A DNA stretch of 64,000 bases from Anthoceros angustus (taxonomy: Eukaryota > Plantae > Anthocerotophyta), in contig MU008179.1 of NCBI GenBank assembly GCA_010909165.1, positions 124,001-188,000 of the forward strand. Direction: 5' to 3'. How positions within the stretch are numbered: position 1 is the stretch's first letter; each line of letters starts with the position of its first letter. The position numbers and the translations under genes are program-made. Below the pieces are notes generated by a model. It was not told the origin of the DNA, ran no database searches, and saw only the letters and a list, made by a program, of their open reading frames with translations. Below, piece after piece: positions 48,787 through 60,138 of this stretch.

Positions 48787-49783
48787 CTGTTGCGAAGCTT
48801 CTATACGTCTCCAGAGGCCTGAATGCTGACATCCCATCAGTCTTGGAAAAGCTTTCGCCCTCATGGAAACTGCACAGCGTTCTGCTGCTACAGTTCCAAT
48901 TTAACTTGTCCCGAACATACAGGCAGTCCCCAGAATACGTCATGTATGAGCAATTGCTGGTGAAGCAGCTCAACAGTGCCACGTGCCAGATAGATCTCCA
49001 CTCCCCCACCGTCGAACTTTTACTCCCCTTCTTTATTTTCTCTCATCTTCGCACGTCGTCGTCTGCAACCGTCACTTTGTGAAGTGGGATGGGGTGTCGC
49101 CAAGGTTTTGAACCCTACCAGTGCTACTGCGAAGCACCTTCACTGTCCCCATGAATTCCTTGTTCTGCAGCAAAAAGTAGCCAAACGAGGCAAAACAGGT
49201 ACCCGAAGGCTTCAGTCATTGACAAACGCTCCTGGACGCGCAAAATCTTTTGGAATCCCAACTTCTCCAGGCCATCAACTGAAACTACGTGACAATCATA
49301 CATAATTGTCGAATGTCGAGCGAGCAACCTGTCCAGTTCTGTACACGAGGAACGTGAAGCGCGCAGATCCTTGGATGTGAAGTTAAGCAGAACTCATGCG
49401 CCCGGTCTCCAGCACCTTGCAGTACGCGTACAGCGGCGAATCCAAATCCTGGGACCTATATTCACAGACTAGTCCACGACTCCACGCAAAGTACTGCTGT
49501 GCGCTAGCTGAGACGATTGAGGCTCGCAGATGATGATGAGGTGATGGCATGTTTCCAAAGTCCCGCCATATTTCTTCCGGCGAGATGCTTCGGCCAAAGA
49601 TCCCTTTGCACGAACTCTCTCCGGACGCGCAAGTACCCTCGTTGTTAACTTAAACCACTCATGTCGCCGCTGCGGCCCGGAAGCATAGGTTTGCACGCCA
49701 CGGAAGCCGGCAGGCGGCACACAAGAAGGGGCGCAGCCGGCCCAGTCCGCTGCAGCCATTCCGAGCTGTTCCCCTCGCACCGA

Positions 49784-50212
49784 CTGGTGGCGCTGTCCGG
49801 GGCGCACACCCTGGGGTTCGCGCACTGCCACTCCATCGTCAAGAGGCTCTACCGCTTCAACGGCAGCGTGTCGCTGGACCCGCTCCTGGCCCGGCAGTTC
49901 AAGGACCTGTGCCCTGACAGCACCTCTCCGGATGCCGATAACGTGCTGGATCTGGATCCTAGCAACACCGGGGACTTCGAAACGTTCTCCTTCGACAACG
50001 CCTTCTTCCAGAGCTTGGACAATCACGATGTCTTGCAGTCGGACCAGCTCCTGTGGAACGATCGGCGCACCCGAGGTAGGGTACTCCGCTTCGCCAACAG
50101 CAGCCATGCCTTCTTCACCACTTTCGCGGACGGTATGGTGCGCATGACCGAAGCCAATGTGATCAAGGGCAAGCAAGGGGAAGTCCGCCTGGTTTGCTCA
50201 CAATTCAACTAG
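49784..50212 (+). pseudogene. Class III peroxidase, C-terminal half only
   Basis: LVALSGAHTLGFAHC (proximal His), FDNAFF, LQSDQLL, FADGMVRM, GEVRLVCSQFN*; no upstream RLxFHDC exon found. Confidence 0.8.
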
Positions 50213-50586
50213 AAGAAGAAGGCGCTGTCTCAGCAACACAATTTTGTTTGCCCACTCACGATAACGGAGAGGATCGTGAAAGTGGCAGCGTGCCAGGCCT
50301 GAGAAGTCCTCACTAATATGTAGTCGGACGAAAACGAGTTCGGTGAGATCAAAGATGAAGATTTGGACTCTTCAATATTACAAACCAGTTACAAACCAGT
50401 TCCAGTTGATGTACAGAACCTGTTCAAGACCACTGGCCACTCTTACAAAACCTCCAGCATACAGCCTTCTTCGCCTACGACCACAACAATCTGGTCACTA
50501 CTCTCCTTTTACACTTCCTAAATGGGGTACATGATAAACACTTGGATGACAAAATATTACAAGTTGTTGGATGTCGATGATGCTCT

Positions 50587-52094
50587 TCACAGCTCCTCCT
50601 TCAGGGGGATGGTCTGCTTCACTTTCTCACCGACCTCGCGGGCGGTCTGCGAAGTCCGTTCCTTCGCCTCCTCGTACTTGATTCTGGCCTCCTCGGCAGC
50701 CTCAGCTGACTTGCCCTTGGCTTCCTCCCAGGCTAGCTTGGCAGCGTCCACGGCATCATCGGACTTGGACTTACCCTCCTCGGCAGCCTTCTCAGCGGTC
50801 TTCTTGGACTTGTCTGCGGTGTCTTCCCATGTCTCCTTGGACTTGGCAGTCACTTCCTCGGCCTTCTGCTGGGAAGCGTCCTTTGTTTCCTGGACGGTAT
50901 CCTTGGTCTTCTGACCTGCCTCCTGGGCACTGTCCGTGGTCTTCTGAGCAGTCTCCTGGGCAGTGTCCTTGGTCTCGTCCACCACCTGCCGGATCTCTGG
51001 CTCGGCACCTACGACCAGAAAGCAGTGAGGATCAGATACAAAGAGATGGCGAAGGATAGACTGGACTGTGGACTTCTAAGGGGTTAACTATGCTGCTGCT
51101 AAGACCACGTCCCCATCGCGAGAAAGACATACTGCCGACTAGTCATGTCATGTGTGCATCTGTACAACCTTTCCTCAATGAATCAAAGTTCTTTCTGACC
51201 ACGGAAGCCCAATGCTTGTAATAAACTGCAAAAAGCCCAAATTCCCATCTTAGGCCTACGTCTACCCTAAAAATCATTCAGACAAAGCGGAAGAGGAAGA
51301 GAGGCAGGGCCCGACAGACCGACTTCAGGTCACGACTGACACCACTACTCCAACAAAGCACTACATCTGTTCCTTGACTACGTGTTGCGGCTACCCTAAT
51401 CCTGTTCCGCACACAATCAAGCAAACACGCATTAACATCTTTGCACTGACTAGGCCTGGGTTTATTGTTACGAAATTCATGGAACTTGTGTCGATTAATT
51501 CATGTGCAACCACCTTAGCACACCATTCAAAGCATGATGGTCAGGCTTGAAGATTGACATACTGGAAGCTTTGCCGCTGAATGTGTCCTTCCCCTTGTTG
51601 AAGGTCTCCTTGGCCTTGGCTGCGATGTCCTGAAGGATACTCTGAGCCGTCTCGGTGGACTTCTTGCCTGCTGCCTCAGCAGCCTCTTCAGCCGTTCCAT
51701 ACTGCTCTCCCGCTTCCCTGCGGCCCGACGCAGCCCCCAGCAACAGCAGTCAGCATGCAGCATGCAGCATGCAGCCCAGGAAACTAAAAAGGGCACGACA
51801 TATGGACGTAGAGCAGAGCACTCACTTGGTAGCTGTGTCTGTGAGAGTGCCGATCTTCTCCTTGGCCCAGTCGCCCCACGTCTTGGAGTGCTCCTCCGCT
51901 TGGTTAACCGTGTCCTCAACCTGGCGTTGCCCCTCCTTCACAGCCTCCCCAACCTTCGACCCTGCGGTCTCGGCTCCCTCCTGAAACTGCTCTCCGGTAG
52001 ACTTGTCCCCGAAAATGGAACCGCTAACCTGCAGCGTCAGAGCACTGAAAGCCAGCAGGAGCAGTAGCACACTCCACGCCCTGATCCCCGCCAT
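50587..52094 (-). CDS. LEA-like (group 3/LEA_4-type) hydrophilin with signal peptide and C-terminal KEEL; 3 exons, 281 aa
   Basis: Exons 52094-51826, 51717-51563 and 51008-50587 splice in frame via GT-AG; hydrophobic N-terminus; A/E/K/T-rich repeats; KTWGDWAKEKI motif. Confidence 0.85.
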
Positions 52095-52346
52095 GATCGC
52101 TAAAACGAGTACTAGTACACACAAAAACGTTTCTGTTCCAACACGGGTGCGCTGCAAGCTCGCACTGTGATCTCGCAAAACTTGCGATCCCAAATATGTA
52201 CAGGGGCAGCTTGGAGAATGGTACGCAAAGCTGAGCAGAATCCGGTACAGAAGCTGGAGGCTCTGGCAGGATAAATGGTGCCATCCATCGCCCCTTGCTT
52301 GCATGCATCTGGGTGGCGCCCCGCCGTGGCAAGCTGGCACAAGGCG

Positions 52347-52353
52347 ACGTGGC
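52347..52353 (+). promoter_or_regulatory. ABRE (ACGTGGC) ~250 bp upstream of the LEA start; CE3-like ACGCGTG near 52522
   Basis: Motif match in the LEA/RPL10a divergent promoter; ABREs are typical of LEA promoters. Confidence 0.5.
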
Positions 52354-52693
52354 GGCATTTCCATTCCGCTCCCGCCACCTGGGCTTCTTGTCTAGGCCAC
52401 GCGGCCGGGAAAGAGGCCCAAAGCTGTTCATTGTTTTATGACTTCCGTAGTCACCTGGCCTCAGTTTGTTTGGAAGATTTTCTCTGATAGTGAAAAGTGA
52501 CGAGTGAAGTGGAGACTAACCACGCGTGGTGTTTGGTTAGGTTTGGTTAGGTCAGGTTGTGTTGGGGTTACGCCAAAGGTTGCCCTAAAACCGGAAGGTG
52601 TAAAAGAGGGATCCGCGCCTTGCAGATCCTTTTAGACTCGGAAATCCTGCGCATACGAAGCCGCTGGGCAGCACCGCCGACACAAATTCAATC

Positions 52694-53611
52694 ATGAGGT
52701 ACGAGGCATTTGGACTCTGTGGTGATGACGCTCACAGATGCGGCGTTGTCGGTGACGGGGATTGTTGTTGGGATGTTGCAGTAAGCTGCAGGCTGAGGTT
52801 GTGAGGGAGACCATCTCCCAGATTCTGGCTGACGTGAAGGAGAAGCCGAAGAAGTTCTCGCAGACCGTGGAGCTGCAGATAGGGTTGAAGAATTATGACC
52901 CGCAGAAGGATAAGCGGTTCAGCGGCTCTGTCCGGCTGCCGCATGAACCTCGCCCTAAAATGAGAGTCTGCATGCTCGGGGACGCGCAGCACATTGAGGA
53001 GGTAGGTAAGATTCCGCTAGCTTTTGATCAGCCCGTTCGGAGCTATTACGGGATTCGCCACGGCTGCACGTCATATTTTTTCCTTTCCCTCTAACCGCAG
53101 GCTGTGAAGATCGGGTTGGACAATATGGATGTGGAGAGCTTGAAGAAGCTCAACAAGAACAAGAAGCTGGTGAAGAAGCTGGCGAAGAAGTACCATGCTT
53201 TTTTGGCTTCCGAGGCTGTGATTAAGCAAATCCCCAGGCTCCTTGGCCCCGGTTTGAACAAGGCCGGCAAGTTTCCGGCTCTCGTGTCGCACCAGGAATC
53301 GCTGGAGTCTAAGGTTGTCGAGACCAAGTCCATGGTGAAGTTTCAGCTGAAGAAGGTGCTGTGCATGGGGGTGGCCGTTGGAAACTGTGACATGGAAGAG
53401 AAGCAGATCTTCCAAAACGTGCAACTCAGCGTCAACTTCCTGGTCTCCTTGTTGAAGAAGAACTGGCAAAACGTGAGTGTCGGCTTATCCTCTCCTTTCC
53501 TCCTTCCTCTCTTCATCGTGTTCCTTCTTGTACTGAAATCCAGCTTGCTTGTGCCAGGTGAGGGTGCTCTATCTCAAGACCACCATGGGAAAGCCCGTCC
53601 GGATATACTGA
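52694..53611 (+). CDS. RPL10A: 60S ribosomal protein L10a (uL1); 4 exons
   Basis: ATGAG|GT; [30 protein letters not shown]; [31 protein letters not shown]; LKKNWQN|[17 protein letters not shown]. Confidence 0.97.
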
Positions 53612-53940
53612 TCATTGTAGGCAGTATTCTTTTTGTTACAGTAGGAACTTGTGACCAAAGCGGTTGCGGAGATAGTGTTGGTAGCCTTTGGCGGCTTCTA
53701 CTCTTCCGCTATGTGACGTCATTTTTCATGACAGTCTGGGGTTTCTGCGCATATTGCCGAGCGGAATCCGCCGGCGCCGAAATTGAGTTGTTACACAAAC
53801 TTGTCTGGCTGGTGTTCTGATCCGCAAAGTTAGCTCTCGCGGCATCTCCGATCCTTTGACTGGAATGCTCCACTGTCTCATTACACTTGGTGTCTGGCGG
53901 AGCAAAATTATTAGGGTTCCGTTGGCTCTTTGGTGCAGGC

Positions 53941-55200
53941 ATGGCTGCCTTCCAACAGGCCTTGGTATTGCCCGGAACACGATCGACGACGCAGGCAGGG
54001 GTTGCTGTAGCAGGAATTGCATCTGCCAAGACCCGGAGAATTGCGTCGCATTTGTCCGCCTCGTCGACCCTGGTTGTTGCCCCGTCGTCGCTGGAACGCA
54101 GCCGACCTAAGAGGTGGCACGCTTACTGGAGGCGGAAGGGCGTTGTGGCCGAGCAGGCTGTGGAGGAGCTGCCGCCTAAGCTGCAGGAGATCGTGAAGCT
54201 GTTCCGGTCGGTGTCCGATCCCCGGGCCAAGTACGAGCAGCTCTTGCACTACGCCAAGAGATTAAAGCCGCTTGCGCCGGAGCATCTGACCAAGGAGAAC
54301 AAGGTGGAAGGCTGCGTGTCGCAGGTCTGGGTGCGGCCGATTCTCGGCCCGGACAAGCGGCTCTACTTCGAGGCGGAGTCGGATTCCGCGCTCACTAAGG
54401 GCCTGGCAGCGCTTCTGGTGGAGGGATTGTCGGGTTCTACTCCTGCTGAGATCCTCAGAGTGTCCCCGGATTTCATTCAGATGCTCGGCCTTAAGCAGAG
54501 CCTCACACCTTCCCGGAGCAATGGCTTTTTTAATATGCTCAAGTTGATTCAGAAGAAGACGTTGCTGCTGTACATGGAGGCCGAGGGAGTGGGAGCAACT
54601 CAGTCGGCGCCGGCAGCGACAGGGGCGGGAGTGCGGGAGCTCAGTAGCGGGCCAGGGAACCGGGAACAGGCACCCGCGGGTGTAGCCCACACCGGCCTCG
54701 CTGCAGAGAGTGGGAGGCCAGCTCAGGTCTCTGCTGTGATGGAATCCAAATCTGCCAGCATCAGCAAGAAGGTAGGTTCTAGCTTCCTCGATGCACATTT
54801 CCTGCGCTTTCCTTGGCTCCGTTTCATCTTCTTTACCTCGTTGGTCTGTGTGCTTGAGTAGGTGCGAGAAGCGTTGTCTCCAACCGTGTTCGAGCTGGAG
54901 GATGTGTCGCATCAACATGCAGGGCATGCCGGGGTGCACAAGGGTGCAACAGAAACGCATTTTAAGTGAGTTGTGTATGCATCTGTGGAGGTGCTGGAAG
55001 GGTTTCCTTGGTTGCTGTTCCAGTTCTGCGTGTTAATGGGTCTCTTGTTGTCCAGTCTGAAGGTTGTTTCCAAGGAATTTGAGGGTAGGAGTCTGGTGAA
55101 AAGGCACCGACTTATCTACGATCTGTTGCACGATGAGCTCAAGACTGGCGTGCACGCTCTTTCATTGGTCACGAAGACCCCGGCCGAGTACGAGAAGTAG
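53941..55200 (+). CDS. SUFE1: SufE-like Fe-S assembly protein with C-terminal BolA domain; 3 exons
   Basis: Transit-peptide-like N-terminus; KVEGCVSQVWV, AESDSALTKGLAALL, SLTPSRSNGF; BolA LEDVSHQHAGH, FEGRSLVKRHRLIY, VHALSLVTKTP. Confidence 0.95.
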
Positions 55201-55439
55201 GCAAGAACAAATCTTTATGTAAATGCCAACCCTCTGGAAAGAGGAGTTGAGACGTAACCGAGCAGGCTGAGTTGGGAAGTGACAATTTTGTGACCATCAT
55301 CATGAGTTCCTGGAGCTAGGGTACAGACTTGTGCGGTTTGAAGACATCTCTTGCCTCTGCCCAATTGGCAATCCCTTATTTGCGTACGGTGTACTGCAAA
55401 GTCTCCTACTGGTCCCCGACTTGAGACCAGGAGTAAAGT

Positions 55440-56830
55440 CTCCTACTGTTCTGAAGGAAGTTTGTCAAAAGCAGACATGGCGGTAGTTCGTACGCATCTG
55501 CCACTGGCATTGAGTAAGCCACGGGAGTATCTCAGACCCTGGACCTTGCACGCACGATAGCGCTTCGTGCTTGGGAGCTGCATATGGATTAACAAGTAGA
55601 CTATTTCAATCTCAATCTCTACAGACACAACAGCAGGAACTAAACTTCAGTGCAACCTCCTTCGAATATCCCGCTATAGTGGCATTCCATGCCACCACAG
55701 TTTTCTGACCAAGTCCGTCAAACAAGCTCTCGGCATCCTTTGGGCTGCCGCACTTTGCATGCACGGTCAGCACACTGTTGGCCTCAAACACAGGTTTTAA
55801 ACCTTCTTGCACTAAAATCTGTGCATGAAACTGCCTCCCCTTCTCCAAAGCTGGGGTGCCCACACTTGTACATGCCTGCAACAGGCACACAAATGTCATA
55901 CAATCTGGAACAGTGATGCTTTCTTCCATAGCACTATCAAGTTGAAGCGCTTCCTCACCCTTGCGCTGCTGGACATATCTCGCTGTGATGGAATTCCATG
56001 CCACCAGAGTTTTCCGCTCAAGTCCATCAAACACGATACGAGCATCCTCCAGGCTTCAACACTTGGCAGACATGTTTGTGTTGGCTACAAACCCATCAGC
56101 TTGAAGGCCATGCCCTTCAATCTCAAGATGGAGTTGCTTGCCCTCCTCCAAAGCTGGGGCACCCAAACTTACACATGCCTGCAGGAGGCAAGCGAATGTC
56201 ACAGAATCGGGCAAAGCAACGTCTTCCTGTCCCATAGCACTGTGAAGATGCAGGCCTCGCTGACCCATACCTTGCTGGGAGTACCCTCCTATCGTGGAAT
56301 TCCACGTCACAACACATCACGTAAGCTTACACACTTTGCATACATGTCCACCAAGCAAGTGCCTAGAAACAAACGAGGCTCAACCCAACTGGCCAATACA
56401 TCCGCATGCACCTGCTGCCGGGTTCTTAAGTCTGCTCCCCTTGCACAAGCCTTTAGGGCTGCCACAAACACATGGCTATCTGGCTTCAGACTTTACCTCC
56501 GCATCTGATGGTACAGCTGTATGGCCTGCCTCTCCATCTTTGACAAGGGCAGTAACCATGGAATACCAGGTATAAGCATCTGGCATGGAAACCACGGTGA
56601 ACACATCGCTTCTAGCAACCTGCCATGAGCAACATACATTCGAAACCCCCTTTCACAAGGCGACCCAGAAACAGATCCTTCTTCACCACACATACTTTCA
56701 GCGCAGTACAAAACAGAGATTGCGAAACACAACACAACTGTGACTTTGAACCAGAACTCCCAGAGCCTCAACAGCCTGCTCACATTTCAGCCGACGGTTT
56801 CAGCTCTAAGGTCCCTTTCGTATCCTGCAC
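55440..56830 (-). pseudogene. Degenerate PLS-class PPR array (several P-L-S triplets)
   Basis: Repeated TWNSTIGGYSQQG..PDSVTFACLLQAC..LEEGKQLH..AKCGS..DA..FD..VAWN across broken ORFs. Confidence 0.85.
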
Positions 56831-56965
56831 GCCTGCCTGCGAGTGCCAGAATTACCCACCCACGCTGGCTTGACGACATTTACACGCTATATGACCTCCT
56901 GGGACACCATATGTCGGAGGAGGGGAGAACAGTGTGAATGGAGCAAGAGGCGACAGCGATGGATG

Positions 56966-59900
56966 TTCAGGCGGTAGATTTTGCATTAGATTGAAGCGTA
57001 GAAGGTTTGCACCTTTGTGCATAGTCAAGCGTCATGAGTGAAACGCTGTGTGGTTGTAACCGTTTCACTTGAATGCTCGTTGGTATCCTGACCTAGGATG
57101 AACCGTGCCCTAGTAGGCCTAAATACTATTAATAATAATACTCCCACTTAGTGTTTAGGCCTTAGGCTTGGATCCTTTGTCTTACATGTACTTCGTTAAC
57201 TCGGATAGCCTCTTTAGCCCCATGTTGGCTGAATGTTCTTGATGCTTCACGCTGCTGAGTGCCTTTGTCAGCACGTCCGCTGTCATCTGCTCTGTTGCGC
57301 AGTATAGTACCATGAATTTGTCGTCGTTTATAACTTGTCTTATGAAATGAAATTGTACCTCTACGTGTTTAGTATGAGTGTGGAACTTCGAGTTGTAGGT
57401 TAGTGAGATAGCACCCTGATTGTCGCAATACAAGGGTCTTGGTATCCGTTGAGTTTCTCCTAACTCCGTGAGTTCATAGAGCTGCCAAAGTCCATCCTTG
57501 CATGCATGGGTTAAGGAGCAGTACTCGGCCTCTGTTGGTATAGTACCATGAATTTGTCATTATTTGCTGCTCCAACTTGTTGTTGTCCCACCAAGTAGGT
57601 AAACGTAGCTACTTATGCTCTTTTACGGCCGTGATGTTCTTTGGCGGTCAGAACCCCTCGAGTTGTAGGGGTTGATGTTGTTGGATTTGAGAGTGATAGA
57701 GAAGTCCCATATCTGAGGTAGCCCTTAGGTACCTAAAGATTCTCTTCACTGCTTTCTAGTGAGCTCGAGTAGGAGCTGATAAGTACTTAGACAAGGCTCC
57801 CACTGAAAATGAAAGATCCGGTCTAGTGCAGACCATTAGATACATTAGGCTTCCGAGCGCTGAAGAGTAATAAGGCAGCTCATCGCTACTGTGAGGATTA
57901 TCTTCATGTTGTTGGTCCTCTTCTTCAGTAAGCTTCAGGTTGATCTCCATAGGTGTGGAGATGGGCTTGGAGTCTACATCTTGTACTTAGTTAGAATCTC
58001 CTGTATGTACTTGGACTGATGGATAAATAGGCTTCTAGCCTTTCTATCTCTTATAACTTGAATCCCTAGACAAAATGAGAGTTCCCGAAAGGTGGTCATA
58101 GAGAATCGTTTTGCTAACACGAGTCTGTTGTCCTCTAGAAGTGCCCTGGAGTTGGACATAAGGATAATATCGTCCACGTAAACTGTTAATATAATAAAAT
58201 GGTTACAGACTCTTTTAATATATATGTTGCTATCAGAGGAGAGCCTAGTGAAATCTAATTCCTCCAGGGTGTCATCCAGCTTGGAGTACCACTCTAGAGC
58301 GCTTTGCTTGAGTCGGTATAGGGGATTGTGTGTTGAAGGTCGCCATATAGGAAAGAAGTTTTTATATCTAGCTGCATAAGCTTATAATCATGATGGGAAG
58401 CTAGTGCCATTAGAATTCTTAATGAGGTAATTTTTAGTACGGGGCTAAAAGTCTCGTCGTAGTCAAAACCAGATTTTTGCGAGTACCCTTTAGCCACTAA
58501 TCGTATGCCTTTCTATGATGCCGCATTTAGTTTGATTTTGAAGGTCCATTTAGAACCAACTAGTTTTCTACCCTTAGGTAAGGAAGTTAGTGTCCAAGTT
58601 TTATTAGCTCTTAGTGAGTCCAAGCCTCGACCGATGGCTTTCTTCCAATTCTCCTTTCTCGGGCAAGTGATGGCCTCCGGTAGCTAATGGAACGAATCGA
58701 CCATCTTATAAAAGGCAATATGCTAAAAGTATTTTTAGGGTCCTTCCAGTTAGTAGGAGAGTACCTATTTATCTTGCCTGCGTTAGAACGCTGAGGACGT
58801 CTTCCCCTAGCGTCGTTGGTATTGTCAGGTTGTGGAGAGTCCTCGTGAGTGTCCTTGTAATTACCGTCTTCATGTCCGGCATTATCTAGCATATTTGGAA
58901 TATCGAAAATAGGGAAATTAGAATATATATTTCTGCTTGCCTTTGGAGTGCCGCGCGATGCAGGTGGTTGGCAGCCGAGAGAGATGTCTGATCCCGGTCC
59001 AGTTACCTGAGGCGGGCTGGAAGGATCGCCATGCACACTGGTGGATGGATCGCCACGCGCGCCTGCTTGTGAAGCGCTCCAACGGGTCTGCAGCCATGGC
59101 GCTGATGGTGGTGCAGGCCGGGCCCCGTCGAAGTCTGCTGGTGGAGGCGCTGTATGCTGAGCTTCGCCGAGGGTGTGAGGAAATGCGCCTGAGGAGGGCG
59201 CTGTGGTCAACGCCGGCCGGTGACGGGTGTTGCCCAGATCGGATGCTGGCAATTGGGCTATCCAGATCAGAGATGCCGCTTGTCTGCCGGGCGGTCCTGG
59301 TCAGACAGGCCGGGTAATGGGCCACCGGGCGTCCCTGATGTCGATGATCCGCGGTGAGGAGATCGAGGAGTTGGTGCGTCGCCATCGCCATCTTCGAGCC
59401 CCGATTGATGGGTATGCCGGAGATCGTCCCTCTCTGCCGAGGGCGTTGGCCGTGGCTCGAGCTCGAGGGTGATGATGCAGGGGAGACGAATCGTCTGCAA
59501 GTCGCCAAATAAAATGTCTGGTGTGGCTGGTGTCAGAGGACACTCACGTGTGTAGATAACATATCCTTCATTCGCTGCATATGCATCGTGTCCTCGTGAG
59601 TGTCATGTGACTGGAGCAGGACCGCCGTGAGGAGGGAGTCTTGACAAGTCGATGTCGTCCACATCGCTGTCTTTTGTCTGTGCAAGTTGTTGATCTGAAG
59701 AGGCTCCCACTGGAGGCTGGCCTTGCATGTCTTCGACGAAGGTGACATCGCGGGAGTGTGTGATTTTGTGAGTCTGTGGGTGGATCAGCTTGTATCCTTT
59801 AACCCCGTCCGTGAAGCCGATGAAAATATATTTCTGTGCTCGATTGTCCATCTTTGTGCGGGTAGCCTTTAGGATGTGCATGTATACGGTTGAGCCGAAG

Positions 59901-60110
59901 ACTCTGAGTGTGGAGAGGTCGCTCACCGCCTGCATCGTGATAGGGTGTGAGTTGTGGCAGGGAAGAGGTGAGGCTCCTGTTGAGGATGTAAACCACATAT
60001 ATGAGACATGGCCTCTGACCAATAGGTTTTGGGTAAGTGTGCGTGGATCAGCAAACAAGGTCTCCTTAGGACTGGTGACGGCTCCTGGTCACTAGTTGGA
60101 AGGGTGTACA
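56966..60110 (-). mobile_element. 5'-truncated Ty1/copia retrotransposon (INT-RT-RH, PPT, 3' LTR ~56966-57140)
   Basis: LRVFGSTVYMHI, FIGFTDGVKGY, SRDVTF; AKGYSQKSGFDYDETFSPV, QLDIKTSFLYG, MYLMVCTRPDL; YCDNQGAI, HTKHVEVQFHFIR, ADVLTKAL; PPT TAAGTGGGAG at 57141-57150. Confidence 0.9.
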
Positions 60111-60138
60111 CCGGGTCGAAAGGTATACAAAAGCCACC

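Noticed and set aside
58930-59600. GC-rich block as a captured gene inside the copia
   Set aside because: It lies between INT and RT and reads as the usual Pro/Ser-rich linker of copia pol.
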